Positions 24,582-39,256 are shown, numbered from the stretch's first letter. The stretch is 64,000 nt of DNA from Octopus bimaculoides (GCF_001194135.2 NC_068995.1:7626385-7690384), one strand, 5' to 3'. A program made the numbers and translations. Notes: generated by a model not told the origin, from the sequence alone.

Positions 24582-25499
24582 TATATATATTTATTTATTT
24601 AATTATGTGTTTCAGCCAAGTGGCTGCGGTCATATATATATATATATATATACTTNNNNNNNNNNNNNNNNNNNNNNNNNNNNNNNNNNNNNNNNNNNNN
24701 NNNNNNNNNNNNNNNNNNNNNNNNNNNNNNNNNNNNNNNNNNNNNNNNNNNNNNNNNNNNNNNNNNNNNNNNNNNNNNNNNNNNNNNNNNNNNNNNNNNN
24801 NNNNNNNNNNNNNNNNNNNNNNNNNNNNNNNNNNNNNNNNNNNNNNNNNNNNNNNNNNNNNNNNNNNNNNNNNNNNNNNNNNNNNNNNNNNNNNNNNNNN
24901 NNNNNNNNNNNNNNNNNNNNNNNNNNNNNNNNNNNNNNNNNNNNNNNNNNNNNNNNNNNNNNNNNNNNNNNNNNNNNNNNNNNNNNNNNNNNNNNNNNNN
25001 NNNNNNNNNNNNNNNNNNNNNNNNNNNNNNNNNNNNNNNNNNNNNNNNNNNNNNNNNNNNNNNNNNNNNNNNNNNNNNNNNNNCATGTATTTGCACACAT
25101 ATAACTATTACCACTCATTGTAAGTCTTATGTGCACGATTCATCTTAATCAAACATGATCGATGAAATGCACAGACATGTATCTGCACATGTATGTGTGG
25201 TGCATTGACAGAATCAGGCCAAAACAGCATTTCAGGATGCTGGGAAGATAACGCTTGCTCAGCACATCATATAACACACATAATCTTAATACTTACAATT
25301 AATTCTGCTACTGTTATATACATGTATGCATAGAAACATGCATACACACACACATATATATATATATTTATATACATACATACATATGCACCCAGACACA
25401 CAAACACACATATATATATATGTTATACACACAGTTATAAATATACATCTATACATGTGTACATACACTCATACGCCGAGGTCCATATACTCTTGTTCT

Positions 25500-25531
<32 letters not shown>

Positions 25532-26604
25532 CACACACATACACGCACACACACACACGCACACGCACACAGAGTTGCACAAGCCAGACACGCACTCACG
25601 CACCCAAACACACTCACTTAAACAGTTACATTAAAAATTTGAAATGTGAAATGTATGAATAATTTAATCTTCCGACGGCTACAACGATGATTATTGCAGT
25701 TGCTTGATCTATCTTATCAGCTATTTTCCGATAGATTTATGATACAAGTGGGTCGGAATTTCACAAAGATTTGCACTTTTAATGTAAACTTGAGGCGAAA
25801 TAAGCGACAAAATTGTTGAATACACTTGCAAAAGTCGGCATATCAGTGCGGTTGGCCACGCAATCGCAGCCACGCGACGCCCGTATGTTTATTAAATGAG
25901 AACACCCACACAGCTGAACGCTGAGAGGTAAGATACTTACAAACACACCGGCATACACACACCAACGTATACACAGCTGTATAATTTCACACACATATTT
26001 AAACTCAGCAAAACACGCACACACACACACACACACACACATACATGATATTGAAGCTAGAATGTTACCTTCCGAGGCACAAGTCCAGGCAAGGTTGTTC
26101 TTACCCCTCCCTTGCTCACGTGGCTCCCACGTGACCATCGACCATCTTTCCTTCTCCTAGCTTGTGTTTCTTCCCTTCTCACCGTTGTAACTGGAACAAG
26201 AAAGACATGTTCTTGCCTGTCTCCTGTCTAAGCTTGATTTACACGTCCGCCACCACAACCTCGTTTAGGCTTAGCAGCTCTTTCTGTNNNNNNNNNNNNN
26301 NNNNNNNNNNNNNNNNNNNNNNNNNNNNNNNNNNNNNNNNNNNNNNNNNNNNNNNNNNNNNNNNNNNNNNNNNNNNNNNNNNNNNNNNNNNNNNNNNNNN
26401 NNNNNNNNNNNNNNNNNNNNNNNNNNNNNNNNNNNNNNNNNNNNNNNNNNNNNNNNNNNNNNNNNNNNNNNNNNNNNNNNNNNNNNNNNNNNNNNNNNNN
26501 NNNNNNNNNNNNNNNNNNNNNNNNNNNNNNNNNNNNNNNNNNNNNNNNNNNNNNNNNNNNNNNNNNNNNNNNNNNNNNNNNNNNNNNNNNNNNNNNNNNN
26601 NNNN

Positions 26605-26664
<60 letters not shown>

Positions 26665-27310
26665 GCAGAAATATACGTAAATGATTACACAAACACGAGT
26701 ATATATGGAAGTGGGAGTGTATCTGTGCATGCGTGAGTGAGTGTATAAATTGGATTTTATTTTCATATACTTATTTATTTCATGCATATACCATTTCGTT
26801 GAACAATCGTTCAGTTCGCGTCTGGTAATTGCAAAAATAAAACCCAAACAAAAGAACAAAACTTTCAGTAATTTACATACAATACAATATACTACAATAC
26901 AAAACAATACTCAACAAAAACATATCCTATTACTTCTACTTCTACTAGTACTACTACTACTACTACTACTACTACTAATAATAATAATAATAATAATACT
27001 GCTGCTGCTGCTACTTTTGTAGCAAGTCTATTGCGAAATATCGTATCCGTTGGATAGGAAATATGGAACACGACAGTACACCAGGCAAATTAATGTTTCT
27101 CTTCATACACGCCAGCATACATTTATATATACATATATATATTTATGCATGCATATACATATATACATACATATTGTATATGTATATATGTGTGTGTGTG
27201 TGTGTGTATATGTATATATACATATACACACATATGTTTATATATACACACACAGATGCACATAAATAGATATGCATGTATGTATATATATATATGTATA
27301 TACATGTATG

Positions 27311-27379
<69 letters not shown>

Positions 27380-28254
27380 ATATATATATGTATATAGATG
27401 CCTATGTAAATATATATATATGCACGTATATATATGTGTATATATGTATGTATATAGAATATATATACATATATATAAATACATACGTACATATGTGTGT
27501 ATATTTATATACATTCATATGTATGTCGACGTACCTGTGTGTGTATGTGTGTGTGTGTGTGTGTGTACATAATTCCTATCGTCTCACTTCCTCTCTTCTT
27601 TCCTGTCTGTCTTTCGTTAATTCTCCTATAATGAATGGTTACAAGACAACAGTGCAGATTTTCTTGAATTCTGTGTATATAATCTCGATGACACATTATC
27701 TTTAATGAATCAATAACTGCCAACCAAGAACTATATTCGTGTTTTCCAAAACAAAATATTAAATTCTAAATTCTTAATGGATTACCGCTCCTCCCCTTAC
27801 ACAAGCACTTACCACCCACTCTGATCCCCTACCTCATATCCGCCTACTCTAACTAATCTGCACTCATACATCTGTTCAATCATTTGACACACTGTAAACA
27901 TTGCGACATATGTGAAAATCCTGTTGTGTTTTCAGTACGTTTTCAATACGGTTTTCAGTATGTTTTCGTTGTTGAAACGATGCTAATGTTTCGAAATATC
28001 TTTTGATCATTCTACGTCGAAAAATTCTATTAGAGATCTTTTATACTAACGATCTTATTCTTCAATTCTAGTTCTCTCTTTCGTTAGTCATGAGTTGATG
28101 AATGCCGTTTCAATGTTAATAAGCCAAATTTATCAGTCTTTTACGGTTTCTTTTTCTGAGCTAATTTAAAACGCAATTACTCAGTGACTAACACAACTAT
28201 GTCATGATATTTTTAGTCGAGTCAACGCAGGAATCTCCATGTGGTTGATAGCTT

Positions 28255-28435
28255 TGCTAGAAAGAGCAGATACGCATCTTTCCAATCACTCTGTATTACT
28301 TGTAGAAGAGAAGAAAACATTAGGTACCATTGCTAGAAAAAGCAGGATTTTGCACTGGCGGATATGCTAGAACGAACAGTTACACTTCCTTCAAATCACT
28401 TTGTATTATCTCTAGAAGTGACGGAACGTTTGAGG
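28255..28435. repeat. Diverged ~70-bp direct repeat (period 110) with a partial third unit
   Basis: tgctagaaagagcagatacgcatctttccaatcactctgtattacttgtagaag versus tgctagaacgaacagttacacttccttcaaatcactttgtattatctctagaag. Confidence 0.6.
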
Positions 28436-28774
28436 TGAATAAAAACGAGTGACCATACAGCTTACTAAGAAGCTAGATAGAAGAAACACTAGGCTTTTAA
28501 ATCATACGTCTCTATGTGTGTGTGCATCATATATATATATATATATATATACGTGCATATCTGTATGGATATTACTTTTAAACACGAATATCATTGACAG
28601 TCACTTCGAAGTTTCATCCAGTTAAGCAAGAGTCTGCTGCCGTCTTTAAGAATACTAAAATTTTAGTCAGCATAAATATAGAATAACTTATAAGATTGAT
28701 GTAAAAGTGGTTTTATTGTAAGTTAACATGGATCCAAATATTAATAAATATATATGCATATAATATAAGCATAT

Positions 28775-28827
<53 letters not shown>

Positions 28828-28867
28828 GTACATACACATATATGAATATATGTATACACACACACGC

Positions 28868-28933
<66 letters not shown>

Positions 28934-29689
28934 GGATATGTAAAGATGTATATCCGTAAGTACACTGGTTACATTGATCGTATCAATGTCCGAAATGTTA
29001 GAGTATGCCCATAATTGTCTTCAGGTGATATATATGACCTTTAATGGGATTTTAATAATACTTTCAGCGATCTTGGACATCAGTAAGGTCAATATAAGCG
29101 ATAAATTATCAGATACTCAACATATTATGAGATTTGATTCTGTTATTGATCTCAGGCTTTCCTTGATCGTTTGAGGGGAATATCTGATTCGGATACATAC
29201 ACGCATATGTAGGTACGTGTGCAAATAAACACGTATACACACACACACTTGCACACACATGCACGCATATATATATATACAAACGTACTCAAACAGTAAA
29301 ATTATTCCTTTTTTAAAACCAGTCCAATTTACATACATACATTCATGTATGTATTATGTATTTCTCCACATGTAAATCTGTCTATATAGTTATCTCTCTA
29401 TCCATCTGATCATTTATCTGTCTGCCAGCCTGTCTGCCTGTCTACCTGCCTGTCCGTCTCTCCCTCTACACACACGCACACACGTACACATATACACAAA
29501 CACAAGCATACATGCATATATCTGTGTCTGTGTGGAGACGTACAATGTTCGCGTATCTGGGAACTTTCTTCATCTTACAAGAATATTTACACGGTTTTCT
29601 AAGGCCGTCTTCTCAACCATCCTGCGTTCCAGAATCTCTTATTTTCCGAAGAATACAAACGTACATGCATACATACTTACATAATACAT

Positions 29690-29754
<65 letters not shown>

Positions 29755-29997
29755 NNNNNNNNNNNNNNNNNNNNNNNNNNNNNNNNNNNNNNNNNNNNNN
29801 NNNNNNNNNNNNNNNNNNNNNNNNNNNNNNNNNNNNNNNNNNNNNNNNNNNNNNNNNNNNNNNNNNNNNNNNNNNNNNNNNNNNNNNNNNNNNNNNNNNN
29901 NNNNNNNNNNNNNNNNNNNNNNNNNNNNNNNNNNNNNNNNNNNNNNNNNNNNNNNNNNNNNNNNNNNNNNNNNNNNNNNNNNNNNNNNNNNNNNNNN

Positions 29998-30065
<68 letters not shown>

Positions 30066-30591
30066 AACTCACATTATACGACAGGATGATCAGATAAAGC
30101 GGTATACCCAAAAGAAACAACAAAACTCTATCACAGAATCTACAATATATATTATTTTAATAAATAGATCGATGAACAACACATCGATTGTCCCTCTGTT
30201 AACACCATTGCTAATGGCGTGTCCTCCTATAGCTTTCGGATAATATCTAATTAATCCATCTTTACATGTTGATGCTTAACAAAAGAATGGCGATAAATAT
30301 TTTTTCCATCTTCTCTTGCTTTTAGATATCACGTATTCTCATCGCTTGCTCTTTGTATAACTTTATTGTGTTAATATGTATGTTTAAAGCTTATGTTTAA
30401 ATGATAACGCTAATATATATGTACGTCAGTTGTTTGCATGGACTATTCAATTAGATTTGGATATTAGATTAGAGTATGTATCTCATTTACTTTATTTCGA
30501 GCATATTTGTACACATGCTTGAAAAGAAATATGCCTTCATAAATATGTACATGTAAATATAGTTATACATAAAGTGAGTGCGAGTGCGTGT

Positions 30592-30740
30592 GTTGCAGTG
30601 TGGCCAAAATTTCTCTGTAAGGAAGAACATGGTTATGTTCAGTCCCACTACGTGGCACCTAGGCAAATTACTTCTGCAGTAGAACAGATCAAAGCCTTGT
30701 GAGTGAATGTGGTTGGTGAACCCTGAAAGAAACCCGTGGC
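30592..30740 (+). mobile_element. Group B SINE 5' half, diverged
   Basis: gttcagtcccactacgtggcacctaggcaa...aaagccttgtgagtg...ctgaaagaaacccgt. Confidence 0.75.
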
Positions 30741-31064
30741 ATACATACATACATAAATAAATACATGCATACATACATACATACATACATACATGCATTA
30801 TACGCACACACACACACACGTACACACACACACACACACACACNNNNNNNNNNNNNNNNNNNNNNNNNNNNNNNNNNNNNNNNNNNNNNNNNNNNNNNNN
30901 NNNNNNNNNNNNNNNNNNNNNNNNNNNNNNNNNNNNNNNNNNNNNNNNNNNNNNNNNNNNNNNNNNNNNNNNNNNNNNNNNNNNNNNNNNNNNNNNNNNN
31001 NNNNNNNNNNNNNNNNNNNNNNNNNNNNNNNNNNNNNNNNNNNNNNNNNNNNNNNNNNNNNNNN

Positions 31065-31101
<37 letters not shown>

Positions 31102-31106
<5 letters not shown>

Positions 31107-31728
31107 GATGCGGTGAATAAATAACTGTCATCTAAATTATGCAAAAATGAAAACAACACTGACGCCTTATTTTAACAGATATATATACCAAAATTACATT
31201 AAAATATTTTGAAATACTAAAGAATAAATTTATACAATAAAATCGCCATTAACTATAACCACGGCCTCCAAACGACTTCGGAATCCCTTTCATTAAATTG
31301 GTGAATGCTGCCATAATCTTTGTCTTCAGTTCATCTTTTGGTGTTACAAGGAGTATGTGGGTCTCTCGCTGAACTGCGCACAAACATAATAATCAAGTGG
31401 GCTGCAGTCTGGTGAGTTAGCTGGCCAGACATTAGGGGTGATGTGGTCGGAGAAATTGTCTGACAGCAAACATCAGGTTACCCTGCCTCTGTGGCACGGT
31501 GCAGAGTCCTGTTACCAGACACAGGATCTTCGAGTATCAAGGCACTTGATGTAGGCCTCCGTATTAAGTCTGAGGCCGTGTGGGAAGATGTATGGAGGCA
31601 TGAAGTCGCCATCACTAGTGATCACTCCGAGCACCATGATATTGACACTGGATGTTTGATTTTTATCATTCTCGGTACATCTTTTGGGGACACGACAAGC
31701 CACCTGTTGTTCTGTGTGTTTACCATAT
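31102..31728 (-). mobile_element. DD37D (maT/Bmmar1-like) transposon, 3' half, pseudogenised
   Basis: Minus translation ..NNRWLVVSPKDVPRMIKIKHPVSIMVLGVITSDGDFMPPYIF.. and QDSAPCH..WPANSPDCSPLDYYV, with exactly 37 residues between the two Asp. Stop at 31230-32. Terminal TA-caggatgc abuts a (TA)n tract. Confidence 0.9.
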
Positions 31729-31826
31729 GATCCGAGGTGATAGCAGAAAACACTTGCCCAAGGTGCCACGCAGTGAGACTGAGCCATGTGGTCGGGACAC
31801 TCCTTACCACACAGCTACACCTGCAC
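31726..31826 (-). mobile_element. Group B SINE head fused to the DD37D relic
   Basis: Reverse complement ggtgcaggtgtagctgtgtggtaag...cagtctcactgcgtggcaccttgggcaagtgttttctgctatcacctcgg. Confidence 0.8.
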
Positions 31827-32055
31827 CTATATATANNNNNNNNNNATATATATATATATATATATATACATATGTATATGTATATATGTATGTATATATG
31901 TATGTGTATATATATGTGTGTATATGTGTGTATATATACATGTACGCATATGTGTGTATATATATATGTATATATATGTATACATTAGTAGGTATGCACA
32001 TACTTATACAAATATACATACATACGCACTCAAATACACACCACACGCGCTTGCA

Positions 32056-32107
<52 letters not shown>

Positions 32108-32799
32108 TGGATTACTTTTTTCACAATACTGCTACAAAAAGAAAAATAACTGAAATCAGTCTTACAAAAGCAAACCAATGTATTTATGCTCAAATTAACA
32201 TAAACCTAATCTTTAAGTAGCGACTACGACAAACAGCTGTGAACTTCATTACCCAATTACACTTCCCACCAATATTTATAATCCTCTGCATCAGTGAATT
32301 TATTAATATATTTGCATATTATCAATGGTTCCTCACGAAGGAATGCACAATTGATCATCATCTACGTAATGCAGCACTTCTGGATCACAGAACGTGACGG
32401 AGTGGATTAAAATTATCTGCAATTTCGATATAATTGCTGGACAGGACACGCATTTCGTTCCACGCATACGTGCATGAAGTGACTGATGCATAAACGCTCG
32501 CACGTACGTAGGCACGTACGTATAAATATCCACATATTTGTAAATATCTTTATACCTGTGTATATAAATGCATATANNNNNNNNNNNNNNNNNNNNNNNN
32601 NNNNNNNNNNNNNNNNNNNNNNNNNNNNNNNNNNNNNNNNNNNNNNNNNNNNNNNNNNNNNNNNNNNNNNNNNNNNNNNNNNNNNNNNNNNNNNNNNNNN
32701 NNNNNNNNNNNNNNNNNNNNNNNNNNNNNNNNNNNNNNNNNNNNNNNNNNNNNNNNNNNNNNNNNNNNNNNNNNAAAAATAAAACAGATATATAATAAC

Positions 32800-33900
32800 A
32801 GATAATAATTTTATTTATCAAAAAATGCTATGCGGACAAAACTAAACTTTCTTTTCTATAATGTTATTCAATAAAGCCACCTTCAGCTTCAACAACTGCT
32901 TCTATATAAGATCTAAATCATCTACATGCTCGAATCAAGTGGTCTTGGTTCATTTTGGACATTACTCAGACTATGGCAGCTTTCAAAGAATCTTTGGTGT
33001 TATGAGCATGTTCATTGACCTTCTTTCTCAACAACGCTCCACATGTAACAGACCAATGATCTGGAATTAGGAGGCTAAATTTTAGGGGTTGTGTGATAAT
33101 GAAAAGATTCATCCATCTATCCATTCCTGTGTTACTAGAACTAATGTAGAGATATTCTGGGCTTAACAATTATTTCCATGACATCAATGTAGGTGGCAGA
33201 GTTAACTCTAAGGCCTTGTGGAAAGAAGTAAGGAGGCATCACATGTCCTTCATTGTTGACAACCCCTAAAACCAAGACTGCTGCAGGAAATTTTGTATGC
33301 ATAACACGTGGAACTTCAGAAGGGTCTGCATATAACCATCTGTCATTTCTTTTGTGAACTTTTGGATTTTGATCGAAGGTTTTCTCGTTTGAGAAATCTT
33401 CTGGATTTCTCTGTTTGTTTAAGAAACTTTTAGATCTGATGGAGTGATTTTCTTTGGCTTTTTCTGACAAAGTGACCTTTCCTCATCATTTAAGACTTAT
33501 ATCCGATGTCTTCGTGGACAACATTTCTGACTGTTCGTTCTGACACATGGAGATCTTTTGCAAATGTCATCATGGATTTTGGGATTGTAATCAATGGTCT
33601 GTTGAACTTGTGGGATAAATTCGGGTGTTCTGATGATTTCAAAGCCTTTAGAATGCATACTTTTTCTGCTTTTGTACTTGCGATATGCTTCTATCTTCAG
33701 TCTCTAGCTTCTAACAAACTTTGTTGACAGAAGATCTGGAAACTTTTGAAAATCGAGATATTTCTAAATCGCTATGCTCAGCCTTTATAACCACAATAAC
33801 AGCATGCCTTTTCATTTCTTGAGTAACTGAAGGTCTGCCATTATTATTTTCTGAAACAAAGATTATACAGGGTTAGAACAAATGCAGCAAAGACTCTAAT
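32800..33900 (-). pseudogene. DD37D (maT-like) transposase pseudogene, near full length (about 33841 to 32864)
   Basis: Fragments MKRHAVIV.., FSNEKTFDQNPKVHKRNDRWLYADPSEVPRVMHTKFPAAVLVLGVVNNEGHVMPPYFFPQGLRVN, KKVNEHAHNTKDSLKAAIV and ..GGFIE*. Frameshifts and stops are present; the QQDSAPxH segment appears deleted. Confidence 0.9.
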
Positions 33901-34605
33901 TTAAAATTTGCCCACCTATTTAAAATTTGTCAGAGTGGAAGACCAGAGTTATGGTTGGTTTGAGTTATATTGGCTTTTCACAGCGAAGCGTAACCAAACT
34001 GGAAAATATTTACAGAGGGCTTGAAAGATTTTCCTTACAGAAAAGCTAACAATGTGACTTGGATGGTATTGTTTCACACAATTTTAAAATCCATTAAGAT
34101 TAATTAAGATGGCATAATTAGAAAATTAATTAAGATCATTACGATTGTATTAATTCACATGATTAAGACATTTTCTAAGGGAATAACGTGCGAAGACTTC
34201 ATATGATAATTCCATTTCTCCTTATAAGAAAAGGGAAGGGCAGTTGGATACTAAAAGCAACAAGGCAATGCTGCTATGTTTAAAGCATTTTTGATCAGGT
34301 GTGACAAAGCTGTGATGCCCACTAGCAAAAACAATAGGAGCAGCAACAAAAACAACAACAAAATCAACAACAGCAGCATCGACACCAAGGATAACATCAG
34401 ATTGCTCCTTATGGGCAATCAAAAATTTCACAATTTCAAGCAGCACCTTCGCCAGTCACTATGAAAAAGTCGGTTCCTGTCTATTCCACACAAATAAATT
34501 GTCCTCTCTTCTGTAAAATTCTTTTTATTTCTTCCTCTCAACATTCCTTACCGTCTATCTATCTGTCTATCTATCTATCTGTCTATCTATCTGTCTATCT
34601 ATCTG

Positions 34606-34675
<70 letters not shown>

Positions 34676-35957
34676 ATTATATCTATCTAGCTAGCTAGCT
34701 AGCTATCTCTGTCTGCGGCTCCACTTCGACCTCTGTCTCTTTCTCCTCTCACACAATCCNNNNNNNNNNNNNNNNNNNNNNNNNNNNNNNNNNNNNNNNN
34801 NNNNNNNNNNNNNNNNNNNNNNNNNNNNNNNNNNNNNNNNNNNNNNNNNNNNNNNNNNNNNNNNNNNNNNNNNNNNNNNNNNNNNNNNNNNNNNNNNNNN
34901 NNNNNNNNNNNNNNNNNNNNNNNNNNNNNNNNNNNNNNNNNNNNNNNNNNNNNNNNNNNNNNNNNNNNNNNNNNNNNNNNNNNNNNNNNNNNNNNNNNNN
35001 NNNNNNNNNNNNNNNNNNNNNNNNNNNNNNNNNNNNNNNNNNNNNNNNNNNNNNNNNNNNNNNNNNNNNNNNNNNNNNNNNNNNNNNNNNNNNNNNNCTC
35101 TGTCTGCGGCTCCACTTCGACCTCTGTCTCTTTCTCCTCTCACACAATCCTTATTGAATACATTTATTCCATGCCAGTTCGCGAATGTCGCTTCTTCGAT
35201 CCCTTGCGTAGTTTTAAGCCAATGGATTTCCATTTTAATCGAGATTACAGCGTATTCAACAAAATCGATGTGAGATCGATATCGTGTCACGTGATTGTCG
35301 GTTATTAAGTGAAGTAGAATGTGATGACGTAAACACTTTACAAAATTTGTTTTACACATAACCGCCACCAACACCAACACCACCACATCACTGCCACCAA
35401 CATTACTACAACCACCACCACCACTGCCACCGCAACCACCATCACCATTACCACCTTCAGTTCGAACACCGTTGCCATTCATACCACCAACATGAGGACA
35501 CCAGCATCACCACCACAACCAACACCACCACCACCACCACCATCACCACCGTCGCGGCCACCACCANNNNNNNNNNNNNNNNNNNNNNNNNNNNNNNNNN
35601 NNNNNNNNNNNNNNNNNNNNNNNNNNNNNNNNNNNNNNNNNNNNNNNNNNNNNNNNNNNNNNNNNNNNNNNNNNNNNNNNNNNNNNNNNNNNNNNNNNNN
35701 NNNNNNNNNNNNNNNNNNNNNNNNNNNNNNNNNNNNNNNNNNNNNNNNNNNNNNNNNNNNNNNNNNNNNNNNNNNNNNNNNNNNNNNNNNNNNNNNNNNN
35801 NNNNNNNNNNNNNNNNNNNNNNNNNNNNNNNNNNNNNNNNNNNNNNNNNNNNNNNNNNNNNNNNNNNNNNNNNNNNNNNNNNNNNNNNNNNNNNNNNNNN
35901 NNNNNNNNNNNNNNNNNNNNNNNNNNNNNNNNNNNNNNNNNNNNNNNNNNNNNNNNN

Positions 35958-36020
35958 TGGTTACATCGACCCCACTACTTGACTGGTACTTAATTTATTG
36001 ATCCGAAAGGATGAAAGGCG
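35958..36020 (-). mobile_element. Group A SINE 3' fragment
   Basis: Reverse complement gcctttcatcctttcggatcaataaattaagtaccagtc..ggggtcgatgtaac. Confidence 0.75.
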
Positions 36021-37180
36021 CTATAATAATAATAATGATTTGTAATATACACAATAAAAAGATTTGTAAACGGTAAAGGGACTTCAGAAACCACAAAAAA
36101 AAAGAGGAATAACACGGAGCTGTGTTAATATCGGAGAGAACTGAACTCGGAAAATATGGGCCTATAATTAAATGACAGAAGACACTTTGTCCAACGTTTT
36201 ACCAATCCTGAGAAAACCGCCATACTTTAAATGATACAACATTAATAATAGTAATTAACATTTTAACATAATTATTTATGGTGTATCTTTTATTTGACAT
36301 TATTGATTATTTCCTACAAGATCAATTATATAAGTATTGGTATTGGCTGGATGCCATCACAAACATCTGATAAGGGTAATTGGTTCCACTTGAACAGAAT
36401 TAATTCTAGATTTTTATATCAATGCAGTTTATGAAAATTATGGATGAAAAAATATCTAATAAATGCGTTCATCGACATTGCAAAAATACAGAAAGATCTA
36501 TGAGCGTGTGTGGTTATACGTGTATAGTACACATGTATATAAATATATACACATTATAATCTGTGTGTGTGTGTATGTATTTATATATTAAATGTATGTA
36601 CAATGTAACCAACTTGCACATACACAAGCACATATAATATGTCTATATATAAAAATACGTACACACATGCACGTGCAGGCACACAGGTGTATGTATATAT
36701 ATAATCCTGGCGTGCTTACGTGTGTGTCAGCACAAATCTCTTGCACTAATCTGTGGCCATCGATATCTTTGATGACTACGCAACTGCATAATAATGCCTT
36801 TCACTTTGAAGTTCATTGCTTGGCCGCTGAGGACAACAAGCGCCAAGATGAATGAGGAGTCGTAATTAACTCCAAAGGTTCCTCGTTGTAAACCTCATTT
36901 CATGACATACGATGCATTGCAGCTCTACACTTTGTCTGGGGATGTGGTACAACAGACCAGACCGTGTTTCATTCGCAGTTTTCGAATGCTAGGATCACAC
37001 TTACTTTAGCTTGCATGAAGACGAAAAAAAGCTGTGTGATATGCAATATAATTTTCTTTGTTTTTACAGAAATCGAAAAATCGCACAAACGAGGATTAGT
37101 TCTGTATAGGATATTCACGAATGGTTCAACACCCTCAATGTTATTCCAGAAATTTATTCTATGTAGACATAAGAAGCTTA

Positions 37181-37247
<67 letters not shown>

Positions 37248-38139
37248 GTGTGTGGTTGTTTGGATGTAGTACGTAGCAGGTGTCTGTGTGAGTGTGTGTG
37301 TGTGTGTATATGTGTATGTGTATGTTTATGTAAAATGACATGCCGAGAGAATATTAATCTTTGTTCTCACGGACAAAACAATTTTGCAGCATCTTGCACG
37401 TCACACAAATCTCTTGTTGACAAGACACGTTTTAAAAAGGAAAAAAATATTAAGAAATAAAAGAAAGAAATCAATTGTAAAAACAAAAAAAAAAAAATAA
37501 ATGGAAAGGAATCTGNNNNNNNNNNNNNNNNNNNNNNNNNNNNNNNNNNNNNNNNNNNNNNNNNNNNNNNNNNNNNNNNNNNNNNNNNNNNNNNNNNNNN
37601 NNNNNNNNNNNNNNNNNNNNNNNNNNNNNNNNNNNNNNNNNNNNNNNNNNNNNNNNNNNNNNNNNNNNNNNNNNNNNNNNNNNNNNNNNNNNNNNNNNNN
37701 NNNNNNNNNNNNNNNNNNNNNNNNNNNNNNNNNNNNNNNNNNNNNNNNNNNNNNNNNNNNNNNNNNNNNNNNNNNNNNNNNNNNNNNNNNNNNNNNNNNN
37801 NNNNNNNNNNNNNNNNNNNNNNNNNNNNNNNNNNNNNNNNNNNNNNNNNNNNNNNNNNNNNNNNNNNNNNNNNNNNNNNNNNNNNNNNNNNNNNNNNNNN
37901 NNNNNNNNNNNNNNNNNNNNNNNNNNNNNNNNNNNNNNNNNNNNNNNNNNNNNNNNNNNNNNNNNNNNNNNNNNNNNNNNNNNNNNNNNNNNNNNNNNNN
38001 NNNNNNNNNNNNNNNNNNNNNNNNNNNNNNNNNNNNNNNNNNNNNNNNNNNNNNNNNNNNNNNNNNNNNNNNNNNNNNNNNNNNNNNNNNNNNNNNNNNN
38101 NNNNNNNNNNNNNNNNNNNNNNNNNNNNNNNNNNNNNNN

Positions 38140-38484
38140 CCTCAATATCTGTGCATGGATCTACACACATGTATACGCACATATCCATAAGAGAATTCTG
38201 CACATAACAACACATATTGTACATAGAAATCCCCAGCTACATCAATCAATAGACATACAGCTATATACGGTCTGTTTGCAAAACACAAATGTATTTACTG
38301 TCTCTGAGCTTTTCAGCAGGGAATAAAAAAGAAACACANNNNNNNNNNTATATATATATATATATATATATACATACATACATACATACATGCGTACATA
38401 CATACATATATACGTATATATATTTCGATACATATATGTATTTGTGTAAGTATATGCATAAATATATATATGTATATATATATG

Positions 38485-38543
<59 letters not shown>

Positions 38544-38890
38544 CTCTATCTCTCTATATATGTATGAATATATACATGTATATGTATATGTATATGCATA
38601 TGTATATGTATGTATATATGTATATGTATATATATATATATGTATGTATATATATATATATACTGACAGATACATTTTTTTTTGTATTAACACCTCAATA
38701 TCTGTGCATGGATCTACACACATGTATACGCACATATCCATAAGAGAATTCTGCACATAACAACACATATTGTACATAGAAATCCCCAGCTACATCAATC
38801 AATAGACATACAGCTATATACGGTCTGTTTGCAAAACACAAATGTATTTACTGTCTCTGAGCTTTTCAGCAGGGAATAAAAAAGAAACAC
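38140..38890. other. 199-bp identical duplication beside N gaps (38140-38338 = 38691-38889); probable assembly artefact
   Basis: The copies are identical and the first is bounded by Ns on both sides. Confidence 0.75.
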
Positions 38891-39256
38891 AGTAGAAATA
38901 AATAAAATTAACCTTTTAATCAAATGAATTCGACTGATGTGGTTTCCGATTCGGTTTCTATAGCTTTCTAAAGGCAAAACAAACTCTTAATTGCATTAGT
39001 ATTGTTTGATAGTAATGTTATTTAGATCCACTCTCTGTGATTCTTACCTCGTCATCCTTCTTTATGTCCTAACCATCGAGATTCATCTCTGTGAACGTTT
39101 TCATCTGTGGGGACTTGTTCGTCCACCTGTGCAAACCAGCGACATTCCTCCCTATTAACGATTCAATCTGTGGGGATCTGTTTGTTCGCCCACCTATTGA
39201 TGCCTAGCCTGGAGAGCCGTTGTGGGGTGGTGACCAAGAGAGGGAAGGCTTAAAAT

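Noticed and set aside
29695-30062. (CA)n and (TG)n facing each other as a hairpin
   Set aside because: Separated by an N gap, so relative orientation and distance are unverified.
36740-36960. GC-richer patch, possible LINE endonuclease scrap or exon
   Set aside because: All frames interrupted; no motif I can identify with confidence.
39070-39200. Two diverged ~66-bp direct repeats (atctgtgggga..ttgttcg.ccacct); also small duplications at 27928-27968, 41639-41675 and 44147-44172
   Set aside because: Ordinary local slippage duplications with no further structure.
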